A stretch of DNA of 64,000 bases from a virus (taxonomy: Duplodnaviria; Caudoviricetes), in IMG/VR virus record IMGVR_UViG_3300032225_002400, positions 11,745-75,744 of that record; one strand, 5' to 3'. This document shows positions 1 to 9,500 of the stretch, piece after piece. Within the stretch, counting starts at the first letter, position 1. The number at the start of each line of letters is the position of its first letter. The notes beneath the pieces are model-generated. The model was not told the origin of the DNA and did no database searches. It saw nothing but the letters and a program-made list of their open reading frames with translations. The translations under genes were made by a program, and so were the position numbers.

Positions 1-1
1 T

Positions 2-367
2 AATTGGTTAAGGTCTGATACACTTGAAAAACTTAGTGAGTTTAATACAGATATAATAACTTACAATATAATAGTCACAGGGCAGCTTAGAGATGAAATA
101 TGTAAACAATACCCTAATACTACACATCATTATTTAGGTGAAATAAGATGGGTTAGAAAAGACCAACACCATGGCTCAATGTTGTATAAAGTTTTAAAAG
201 CGAAAGAAGTAGGTGGATATGAAAAACATTTACCAAATGGAGAAAGAACTGATGAAGATTTTGCTTTATGGAATAAAATGAGAAAAGCAGGCGCTACAGT
301 ACAATATGTAAATCAAGAACTTTTATATTATAGAAGGCATAAACAAAACTTTAATAAATTCTCATAA
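2..367 (+). CDS. GT2-family glycosyltransferase, C-terminal part (5' truncated by window edge)
   Basis: Frame is open from position 2 (NWLRSDTLEKL...) through the listed 62-aa ORF; EDFALW..M..G and YYRRH..N are typical GT2 C-terminal motifs. Confidence 0.7.
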   Translation, partial: NWLRSDTLEKLSEFNTDIITYNIIVTGQLRDEICKQYPNTTHHYLGEIRWVRKDQHHGSMLYKVLKAKEVGGYEKHLPNGERTDEDFALWNKMRKAGATVQYVNQELLYYRRHKQNFNKFS

Positions 368-999
368 TGCAAGATTTATGTATACTTATTCCTACAATTA
401 ATAGAAAAGACCTATTAATGAATGCTTTAAAAATTTATTCTAAATTAATTCCAAATATTACAAAACTTATATTAGATAATGGAAATCAAGATATTCCTTG
501 TGTTGATGATAATACTTGGGTTTGGAAAAGCGAACAAAATCTTGGCGTAGCAGCTTCATGGAACTTTTTAATATCAAAAGCCATTATTAATGATTTTAAA
601 TATTTTTTGATTCTTAATGATGATGTAGTTTTACAAAGAAATGAAAATGAATTAAAGCAGATATTAAATAAAGGAACAATAGAAAACTTTTATTTATGTA
701 GACCTTTTTATAATTGGTCAAGCTATATTTTAACTAAAAATATTTATGAAAATGTAGGTGCTTTTGATGAAAACTTTAAAAAAGCATATTTTGAAGATAA
801 TGATTATATGTATAGAATGAAACTTGCACAAGTAAATATTAATTATGTTGATGAACTAAATCCTGATATATACTTAAATAGTCAAACTATTGAAAAAAAT
901 CCAACATTAAGTGGGTATATTGAAAATAGAGAATACTTTATACAGAAATGGGGAGGACCTCCAAATAGTGAAACTTTTAAAACTCCTTTTGGTAAATAA
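367..999 (+). CDS. GT2-family glycosyltransferase
   Basis: ILIPT, ILDNG, NLGVAASWN, LILNDD (DxD-like), GAFDENF..AYFEDNDY. Confidence 0.85.
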   Translation: MQDLCILIPTINRKDLLMNALKIYSKLIPNITKLILDNGNQDIPCVDDNTWVWKSEQNLGVAASWNFLISKAIINDFKYFLILNDDVVLQRNENELKQILNKGTIENFYLCRPFYNWSSYILTKNIYENVGAFDENFKKAYFEDNDYMYRMKLAQVNINYVDELNPDIYLNSQTIEKNPTLSGYIENREYFIQKWGGPPNSETFKTPFGK

Positions 1000-1095
1000 T
1001 TATTATTTCTAATATAAATTTTATAATTTTATTCATATATTTTATATATAAAAATTTTACTTTATGATAAATATTATTAAATAAGTTAGTTAAAA

Positions 1096-1308
1096 ATGGT
1101 AAAAACAAAAAAACTTAGATTGTATACATGTAATTTTTTTCATGATGTAAAAAGAAAAGTTTTATGTATTGATATTTTTATAAATAACAAGTTAATTCAT
1201 AAAGCTCAAATGATTTGTATAAATAGAAAAAATACAAAAGATATAATCGATAATTTTGATGATGAAATGGCTAAAGAAATTAAATCACTTGAACTAGAAA
1301 TATTATGA
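1096..1308 (+). CDS. hypothetical protein
   Basis: 70-aa ORF coupled to next gene (ATGA overlap). Confidence 0.5.
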   Translation: MVKTKKLRLYTCNFFHDVKRKVLCIDIFINNKLIHKAQMICINRKNTKDIIDNFDDEMAKEIKSLELEIL

Positions 1309-1658
1309 TAAATAAATTGATAACTTTTTTGCTAGGAGCTTCACTATGTTTTTTAGGGATGTATTTTATAAATACAAGAAAAATAGATTCAGTTATAAAA
1401 CAACTTAAACTTGAAAATGATTCATTATATAGAGCTAACTTAGTATTAGATTCTATTGAAAGTAAGTACATACAAGAATTAAATAAAGCTAATTTTGAGG
1501 TTTTAAAACTTGAAAAAGAAGATAATGACATGGAACATAAAGTTTTAGATATGAATAAAAAAATAATCATTATAAATAAAAAATATGAAAAAGCTCTTAA
1601 TTACGCTGATAGCTTTGGCTCTGATGACATCAAAAGGTATTTCTCAGAACTTAAATGA
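1305..1658 (+). CDS. N-terminal TM, coiled-coil protein (i-spanin-like)
   Basis: Hydrophobic N-terminus, then heptad-rich helix; overlaps next gene by 74 nt. Confidence 0.45.
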   Translation: MINKLITFLLGASLCFLGMYFINTRKIDSVIKQLKLENDSLYRANLVLDSIESKYIQELNKANFEVLKLEKEDNDMEHKVLDMNKKIIIINKKYEKALNYADSFGSDDIKRYFSELK

Positions 1659-2001
1659 TTCTGTTACATGCATACCTAATTATCAACTCAGATTAGCAAT
1701 AAATATAATTGAAAAAGGCAAGGTTACACAAGAAGAGCTAGACTCTACTAAACAGCTTGTAACTTACCTAAATACAAGAATATTCAAAAAAGACAGCATT
1801 TTAATGTTATATAGTCAAAGAGACATTAATTGGAAAAAAATTGATGATATTAATAAACAAAAAATAAGTAATCTAAATCAAGTAATAAATAACTCAAATA
1901 AAATTATAGATATACAAGCTAAATCAATAAGAAGAGGTAAATTTGGCAAAATAGCCCTATTAGTCCTTGGATTTGGAGCAGGAATTTTTATTTCTCATTA
2001 G
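1585..2001 (+). CDS. secreted coiled-coil protein with C-terminal hydrophobic segment (spanin-like)
   Basis: Signal peptide MKKLLITLIALALMTSKGIS|Q, coiled coil, C-terminal IALLVLGFGAGIFI. Confidence 0.45.
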   Translation: MKKLLITLIALALMTSKGISQNLNDSVTCIPNYQLRLAINIIEKGKVTQEELDSTKQLVTYLNTRIFKKDSILMLYSQRDINWKKIDDINKQKISNLNQVINNSNKIIDIQAKSIRRGKFGKIALLVLGFGAGIFISH

Positions 2002-2029
2002 TACTTATATTTTAAAAAATAACCATTAA

Positions 2030-3271
2030 ATGAAAAAGCAAATTCACATGATTTGCCTGTTTGATTACAACGCAATAACAGGTTTTGCAACAGTATCAAA
2101 AAATCTCATATCTAATTGGAGAACAATTTTTGGTAATAACGTAAAAATAGATATTGTAGCTATTAATTATTTTGGAGAAGATTATAATGAAACACCGAAT
2201 ATAAGAGTTATTTCAGCAAAAATAAAAGATGTAGCAAAAGATGATTTTGGTAGATATGTTTTCATGAAAAGCCTTTCTGATATTGATTATGATGTAATGT
2301 TTATTTTACAAGACTTAGGAGTTATTACTCCAATGGTTCCTCATTTAAAAAAGATATATGATGATAAAAAAATAGCTAAAAGAAAACTTTTTAAAAGTAT
2401 TTTATATTTTCCTGTTGATTTTTCATTAACTCAAAACTTAGTTGTTGGAATTGATTTTTTTAACCAATTAGCTACATTCACTGAATATGGAAAAAAAATG
2501 CTTTTAAATTTAAAACCTGAACTCAAACATAAAATTAAAGTAATACCACATGGTAATAATATGAAAAACTACTACCCTATTAAAAATATAACAGAAAAGG
2601 CAGACTTTAAAAAACAATATTTTAAAGATAATGCAGATAAATTTATTGTAGGTTGCGTTAATCGTAATCAATCAAGAAAAGACATTCCTACTACTATTTT
2701 TGGATTTATGGAGTATTGGGAGACTCATAATAGAAATTCTTTCCTTTATTTACACATGGACCCAAATGACCCAATGGGTTGGGATTTAAGAACTATATTA
2801 AAACAAACTCCATTAAAAGAAGGAATTGATTTTATGTTTGCTTCAGATAAAGATGGTGGATTTAAAGGAACATCTATAGAAGATATGAATAAGATATATA
2901 ACTCATTTGATGTGTTTCTAACCACTGCGACTGGAGGAGGATGGGAACTAACTGTAACAGAATCAATGGCTTGTAAAGTGCCTACAATAATACCAAAACA
3001 TACTTCTTTTCAAATACTAGGAGGAGAAAATGCAGAAAGAACTTTTTATATAGAAACTCTTTACCCTATTGTAGCTATGGTTGATAATATAATCAGATTT
3101 CAAAGTGATTTATATGAAATTTCAGATACTTTAAATTTAATATATAATCAATTACAAGACTCTAAATCAGAAGTTTATATTAAAATAGAAGCTGCTTATA
3201 AATTTGTTGAATCATTGGACTGGAAAGATATATCTAATAAATTTGCAGATGATATTAAAAGACTAGGATAA
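2030..3271 (+). CDS. GT4 (GT-B) glycosyltransferase
   Basis: TGFATV at N-terminus, VIPHG, VNRNQSRKD, YNSFDVFLTT..GGGWELTVTESMAC. Confidence 0.85.
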   Translation: MKKQIHMICLFDYNAITGFATVSKNLISNWRTIFGNNVKIDIVAINYFGEDYNETPNIRVISAKIKDVAKDDFGRYVFMKSLSDIDYDVMFILQDLGVITPMVPHLKKIYDDKKIAKRKLFKSILYFPVDFSLTQNLVVGIDFFNQLATFTEYGKKMLLNLKPELKHKIKVIPHGNNMKNYYPIKNITEKADFKKQYFKDNADKFIVGCVNRNQSRKDIPTTIFGFMEYWETHNRNSFLYLHMDPNDPMGWDLRTILKQTPLKEGIDFMFASDKDGGFKGTSIEDMNKIYNSFDVFLTTATGGGWELTVTESMACKVPTIIPKHTSFQILGGENAERTFYIETLYPIVAMVDNIIRFQSDLYEISDTLNLIYNQLQDSKSEVYIKIEAAYKFVESLDWKDISNKFADDIKRLG

Positions 3272-3274
3272 ACT

Positions 3275-3306
3275 AAAAACCCATATAACATCTCGCTACA
3301 TGGGTT
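3275..3306 (-). terminator. intrinsic terminator between convergent genes
   Basis: Inverted repeat AACCCAT (3278-3284) / ATGGGTT (3300-3306) with A-run at 3275-3279, i.e. a U-tail on the minus strand. Confidence 0.65.
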
Positions 3307-3342
3307 CTCAGGAATCGGTGTGTGCCCCCACAGGGGAGCCAA

Positions 3343-3459
3343 TTACTTTTTCATCGCCTTATAGACTAAGTAGCCAATGCCTATCAACGCTAAAGTGTTG
3401 TGCACATTGTTACCACCTAACCAATTCGGAGACTTAATGTCTAAAAATCCTGTACCCAT
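3343..3459 (-). CDS. 38-aa single-TM microprotein (below ORF-track cutoff)
   Basis: Manual translation MGTGFLDIKSPNWLGGNNVHNTLALIGIGYLVYKAMKK*; downstream terminator and upstream promoter box. Confidence 0.7.
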   Translation of the reverse strand: MGTGFLDIKSPNWLGGNNVHNTLALIGIGYLVYKAMKK

Positions 3460-3499
3460 GATTATTGAGTTTAAGGGGTTAAAAATAAAATTACCAATT

Positions 3500-3507
3500 C
3501 AAAAATA
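3500..3507 (-). promoter_or_regulatory. Bacteroidota-type -7 promoter element (TAnnTTTG)
   Basis: CAAAAATA on + = TATTTTTG on -, about 40 nt upstream of the 3459 start. Confidence 0.4.
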
Positions 3508-3540
3508 ATATTTATTTTTATATCATAATAATTTATTTTA

Positions 3541-6500
3541 ATGAGTATGGAGATAAAAGTAGGAGATATAGGTATATTCTCAGGCCGTGTAGATAAAAAA
3601 GCTAAAGTTTTAAGAGTAGATGATACTTATGTCACTTATTTAGAAATTGATGAAAATAAGAAAAAATATATTTATTTAGCAGATTTTAAAAAAAGGTTTA
3701 AAAAAGAAGGAGAAGGAGAAGTAAAGCAACAAAACAAAGAAATTAAAACAAAGGAAATTTCTGATAATAAAAAAATTGAAAAGCCATCAAAGCCTTCGTA
3801 CACAATAGTTGGAATATATTTATCTAAAGATAGAACAAATTATGAAGAAACAGAAAATCTTAATCAAAAAGGTCTTTTAGGATATAGAATTAGATATAAT
3901 AAAGAACCAAATATGTTTTTTGGAAATGTAAACTATTCTTTAGAAGATTTAGATGAGGCAAAAAAAAGAGTGGAGTATTCCAATGAAAATGCTGAAAAGC
4001 AAAAAGAGTTTAAGAAAATAAGAGACGCTGAGAATAAGATAAAAAGAGAAGAAAACAAAATTATTGAGAAACAAAAACTTGAGACTGCAACTAAAGAAAT
4101 TATAGCAAAACCAAGTTTTTTAATGACTTTGTCTGAATACCAAGAAAAAGTTGTACCTATTTTATTACAATATCAAAAGTTTTTGAGAAAAAATAGTGAA
4201 TACTTACAACCTGCTGATTATGAAGGAATTTATCAATATACATATCCTGAATTAGAGAAAGATTTTGAAAATAAGACAATAAAAGGTAGAAGATTTGCAA
4301 TAGGTAAATATCAAGAAAATCCACTTGAAAATTTTAAAGCTTCACATTATCCTGATGATGAAATAGTAGAGATGAATAAAAGTTTTGTGAATAAGCTTAA
4401 AAACTTTTTTACTGAAAGTGAAATTTACTCATTAATGTCAAAAGATGAGTATAAATCAAACAAAAGAGCAGTTAAAAGAGCAATAGATAATGATACATAC
4501 AAAAACCTATTAGAGTCTGAAGAATTAACAGAATCAGAACTTCAAAAAATAGCTGACAGTGTAGACGTATCGATTCCAAAAAAAGTTTTTAGTGTAGAAA
4601 ATGTTAAAATGAAAGAAATGCAACAAAAATTTGCAAAACTTTTATCAGATTTACCTACAATTAATAAAGAACAATTAAATAAGTTAATTGAATCAATAAA
4701 AATTGATTTTAAACCACTTGAAGAAGAAGTATTCATAGAAGAAAAGTTGAAATACACTCAAAAATTTAGAAAATTACTTGAAAAAGAAAAAGTTTATGTT
4801 TCATCTTTAGACATGACTATTAATATATGGGAAGATTTATTTTCTTATGATAAAACTGGTTATGATAAAATAAAAACTGGTACGTATAAAACAAATTATT
4901 ATACTAAACAAAAAGAAGAAATAATTGATGAAAGACAATATGTAATTGGTTTGAAGTTTAAATCAAATTGGGAAACTTTATTTGATAAATATTTAAAAAA
5001 TTATACAGAAAGTTTAAAATATAGTTTTATTAATGCTATTATTAATAATTTTATAAGAATAACAAAACCAATAATAGAAATAGTTAAAATTCATATTGAA
5101 TTAGGTGAAAGAGGTTTTGAAGGTGTTTATAGGTTTAAATTTGATGATGGAAGTTATTTTGATTTCAAAGCAGAAGCAATTAGAGCTGGAGGGTATAATA
5201 TACAAATACTTCATTTGAGATACATTACAAACTTTGAGAATATTACATTAGCAGATGGAAGTAAAATTAAAGGGTATTATAATTTAATTGAAAACTTTAA
5301 TATAAAAAGAATGAAAAAAGGCGGTTCATTAGGTGAAAATATTAAATGTGTTAATTGTGGTTGGCATTGGAATACAAATCAATCAGAAGAATACGACAAA
5401 TATGTTTGCCACAAATGTGGTTTTGATAATACTACTTTTTATTCAAGCCAAATCATGAAAAAAGGAGGAATAACACATGAAGATATTAAAAATAAAACTG
5501 ATAAATATAAAGACATGTTGAAGAGACCTTCTAATTTGTTAAAAATATCTCAAATGCATAAAGTACCTTTATTCTTTTTACAATCTCAATTAATAAAAGG
5601 AATGAAAGTTGAATCAGAGCATACAACAAGAGAAGCTGTATCAAAAATTATTGCTCTTCATCATTTAGAAGAAGACCCTAGGTACTATATTAAACTTGAA
5701 AAAATAGAAGGTCATATAATGGCTGATGGTGGAAAAGTAAATAAAATAAAATATGAAATTAAAATAAAATCTCAATCTAGTAAAGGAAAAGAGTATGAGA
5801 AAGAATTTTATGCAAATGATATTTTATTAGCCACAACAGAAGCAAAATTTAAGGGTTATTCAACAAACCAATATGTAGGATATAATAATGCCTTGAGAAT
5901 AGAATATTATTCTTCGTTAAATAAAACAGGCTTTAAAACGTTATTAGGTGAAGATATTTTTAAAAATATTGATTTTAAAAAATACCCCTTTTATATATCT
6001 CATTTTAATAAGTTATCTTTAAAAGATATAAAAAATATGATTGATTATACTAATAATGAACAAAAAATGTCTGATAGTGGAGATACTAAAAGTATTTTTT
6101 ATAAAGGATATAAAATAGGCGATGATGGTATGTATAGACGAATGAATACAATGGCTAAAGGAGGAGAACTTGACCCAGATAATAAAGCTATTAAATCTGC
6201 TATGACACATAAAGCTGGTTCTGCTGGAGGATTATTAGTTGGTAATAGACATTCAGAAGGTGGAATAAAAGCAATAAATAAAAGTACAAATTCACCTATT
6301 GAAATGGAAGGCGGCGAAGTAGTTATAACCAGAAATGCTGTTAGTGATAATAAGAAAAGAGAATTTGAAGGCAAAATGATGACTAATAGAGAAATACTAT
6401 CTAGAATAAATGAGTCTGGTGGTGGTGTTTCCTTCGCTTCTGGCGGTGATGTACCATCTAGTTGTAAATGCTCTGGTAAATCGTATAAGTATGGTGGAAA

Positions 6501-6546
6501 AAGTGTATCAGATTATGATATTATAAATAGTATGAATAAAAATTAA
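3541..6546 (+). CDS. multidomain polyprotein 1 (AGGYNIQ domain, Zn-ribbon, DUF5661-like, GxxHxxGG...ExEGGE domain)
   Basis: Modules separated by MKKGG/MADGG/MAKGG/FASGG; CxxC..CxxC at about 5347-5418; KGMKVESEHT..IALHHLEEDPRYY. Confidence 0.7.
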   Translation: MSMEIKVGDIGIFSGRVDKKAKVLRVDDTYVTYLEIDENKKKYIYLADFKKRFKKEGEGEVKQQNKEIKTKEISDNKKIEKPSKPSYTIVGIYLSKDRTNYEETENLNQKGLLGYRIRYNKEPNMFFGNVNYSLEDLDEAKKRVEYSNENAEKQKEFKKIRDAENKIKREENKIIEKQKLETATKEIIAKPSFLMTLSEYQEKVVPILLQYQKFLRKNSEYLQPADYEGIYQYTYPELEKDFENKTIKGRRFAIGKYQENPLENFKASHYPDDEIVEMNKSFVNKLKNFFTESEIYSLMSKDEYKSNKRAVKRAIDNDTYKNLLESEELTESELQKIADSVDVSIPKKVFSVENVKMKEMQQKFAKLLSDLPTINKEQLNKLIESIKIDFKPLEEEVFIEEKLKYTQKFRKLLEKEKVYVSSLDMTINIWEDLFSYDKTGYDKIKTGTYKTNYYTKQKEEIIDERQYVIGLKFKSNWETLFDKYLKNYTESLKYSFINAIINNFIRITKPIIEIVKIHIELGERGFEGVYRFKFDDGSYFDFKAEAIRAGGYNIQILHLRYITNFENITLADGSKIKGYYNLIENFNIKRMKKGGSLGENIKCVNCGWHWNTNQSEEYDKYVCHKCGFDNTTFYSSQIMKKGGITHEDIKNKTDKYKDMLKRPSNLLKISQMHKVPLFFLQSQLIKGMKVESEHTTREAVSKIIALHHLEEDPRYYIKLEKIEGHIMADGGKVNKIKYEIKIKSQSSKGKEYEKEFYANDILLATTEAKFKGYSTNQYVGYNNALRIEYYSSLNKTGFKTLLGEDIFKNIDFKKYPFYISHFNKLSLKDIKNMIDYTNNEQKMSDSGDTKSIFYKGYKIGDDGMYRRMNTMAKGGELDPDNKAIKSAMTHKAGSAGGLLVGNRHSEGGIKAINKSTNSPIEMEGGEVVITRNAVSDNKKREFEGKMMTNREILSRINESGGGVSFASGGDVPSSCKCSGKSYKYGGKSVSDYDIINSMNKN

Positions 6547-9500
6547 AATTATAAAATAAAAATTATGGCAAAGTCTGCATTAGACAAATTAAAGTCTAAA
6601 ACTAAATTAAAACCTAAAACTTTAGTAGGTAAACAAAAAAATCTTGATGTCAATAAAAATGGCAAGTTAGATGCTCAAGACTTCAAAATGTTGAGAAAAG
6701 ATGAAATGGCTAAAGGTGGAGAGGTTAGTGAAGAAAAAATGATTCAAAAACTTACAAAACAGTTTGAAGGTAAAGATTTATGGGAAGATGAAATTTTAGA
6801 TGAGTATGAAGTAAAAATGTTTGATTGGGAAACTGAAGATGAAGATATTGAAAAATGGAAAAATAAAAATAGCAAAAAGAATTATATAGTTCCATTTAAC
6901 TCAGAAGATGATTCACATATATTTATTTTAGTTCCAAAAAACAAAATGGCAGAAGGTGGACAAACTTTCAATGCTGATTATTGGGAAGATTACTATGATG
7001 GAGATAGAAAAATAAATTTTATGCACCCAAATGTACAAATAGCAGAATTTGTGGGAAGTATAGTTCATGAATCGGAAGAAGAAAATAATTTTATATTATC
7101 AAAAAAAGATTATGAAGATATTTTAGATTTATCTTATAAATTTCATCAGAAAAAAGGTTATTTAAGTGCAAGTATTGTAGAATCTATGATTATGCAAGAA
7201 TCTAAAGGTGAATACAAAAAAGGTGGTACAATAGCTCAAGAAAATAATGATATGCTACAAAGCAATATAAAAGAAATCAAACATCATGCTGATGAATTAA
7301 AAGATATTGTTACAAATAAAACAGAAGTTGAACCATGGGTTATTGCTAAAACTGAAAGAGCTTCAACTGATTTATCAGATGTTACTCATTATCTAGATGG
7401 AGAAAAAGATAAAAGTTTAGAAATGCCTTTTGAACAAGGTGGTTATATGGCTGATGGTGGTGAACTTTCCGGGCTTACAGCTAACATTTATAGAAGCGAT
7501 TACGATAGCCCTACAAATAAAATGTATGGTAAAACTAATGTTACTATAATTGACAAAGAAGTTCCTGAAATTTTCAAACCTAATGAATCTAGACCTGCTG
7601 TTAGATTAATTAGAAGAAAATTCCGTTTCGGTAGTGATGAATATGAATATATACATGCAGTACCTTATAACCAATCTGATAGCGAAGGTATGTTTGGTGG
7701 CACATTTATTTATTCTTCAGATAGTAGATTCCCATCAAAATATCCAATACCTTTACATGATAGAGTTGAAATGAAAAAAGGTGGCTATATGGCAGAAGGT
7801 GGAAATGTACAAATAGAAAGAATTTCAACTAAAAAAGATATAACACAACGTTCTTTGTCAGAAAGTGAAGTTAGAAATGCAATTGATGATAAATTTGATG
7901 AAATAATGCTGATTGATTTACCAAAACTTACGATGTTTTATAAACAAGACTCTGAAAGTAGTAATTTAATTGATGAATCATTCGCAGATATAAAAGCTGC
8001 AAGAAGAAAAATCATGCGTTCATCAAGTCCAGGAGATAGATTAATGGAAAAAGGTGGCTACATGGCTAAAGGTGGAATGACTGCAAAAGATAGAAAAATA
8101 GCTGACCATATAGTTAAAACATATAACATGGATGAGCCAGGAATGTCACCTGTTTATGCTAACCAATTAAGAAGAGAAGAATCAAGACTTAACAAAACTT
8201 ATGGTCGTGATTGGCAAAAAACAATGACACCTGCAGAAAAAGTGAATAAATTTTTAGACGCAGTAAGACTTTCTGATAATAGTATTACATTAAAAGATAT
8301 TACTGTAGAAGCATCTCCACGTGGAAACTGGGTAGTATTTGAACATGGAAAAGTGATTATGACTGTTAATCATGATATGCTTGATGAAGAAACAATTAGA
8401 ACTTATAATTTAGAACACCATAATTAATTAAATATGCAAGAATATATAAATAAACAAATTGTTCAGTTAGAACCTATTACTACTTTAAGAGATAAACAAG
8501 GTTTTAGATTTTATTCTACAAATGATGGTAAAACATTATACGCAGAAAAAAATAGTAAAATTTATAATGTAAGTGAAGATAGTTTACAACCAATAGGTGA
8601 AGTTCCATTAGCTCATAGAAGATTTGAATTTGTTGGAATAGTAAATGATGAAGATATAGCTAAATTAGGAATTTTATATTATGAAAATCAAACATTTGGA
8701 AGAGTTCGAAAACAATTTGGCATGGCTAAAGGTGGACAAATTGAAATAGGAGATTATGTTAAAATAAAAGAAACTTATGGTGGTGGAAGTGGTATAGTAG
8801 AAGATATTATGAACAACTTTGTAGTTGTAAAAACAAAAGAAGGTAAAAAATCTTACCATCTAAGTGATTTAATTGCATATTCTTCTGCATCAGAAGCTGC
8901 TTATGATTTAGGTGATGAAGATAATGAAGATTATGAAGATGATTATGCTAAAGGTGGACAAATAGCATTAAGAGATGCAAAATATACTATGAGTTTAGCT
9001 TTTGATAATGCTGGGTTTTCAAAAGCATTTAAAGACTTAAAAAGATTATCTAACAATGTATTTTTATTACAAGTATCTAGTTATATTAAAGATAATGATA
9101 CTTTACAAAAAATTGTAAAAGAATTTAATGAAACTTTGAAATCAAATTTTGTTGTAGATAAAAATAGTTTCAAAAAAACTTTTAATGGTAATGAAATAAA
9201 AATTGAAAATAAAACTTCAATGGCTGATGGTGGAGAATTAGAATCAAAAAAACAATACTTACTTGAGTATCTTAATAATTTTCCGAAGAATGCTGAATCA
9301 TGGCGTCAAGCTACTGATGAAGTAAGAGACATTGCCAGAATGGCAAGAATTACTTATTTAGAAGTAGATGAAAAAGAATATGAGCCGTTAGATTTTAAAA
9401 CATTAAAAAGTCCAGCAGAATGGAATACATTAGGTAGAGAGTATATTACTGATATGTATAATAGAATGTCTGATAAAGCTAAAAAAGAATTTCTTGATGC

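Noticed and set aside
3307-3342. GC-rich stretch as tRNA or CRISPR repeat
   Set aside because: No cloverleaf, T-loop consensus or spaced repeats; explained by the 3' region of the antisense micro-gene. No tRNA, rRNA or CRISPR array was seen anywhere in the window.
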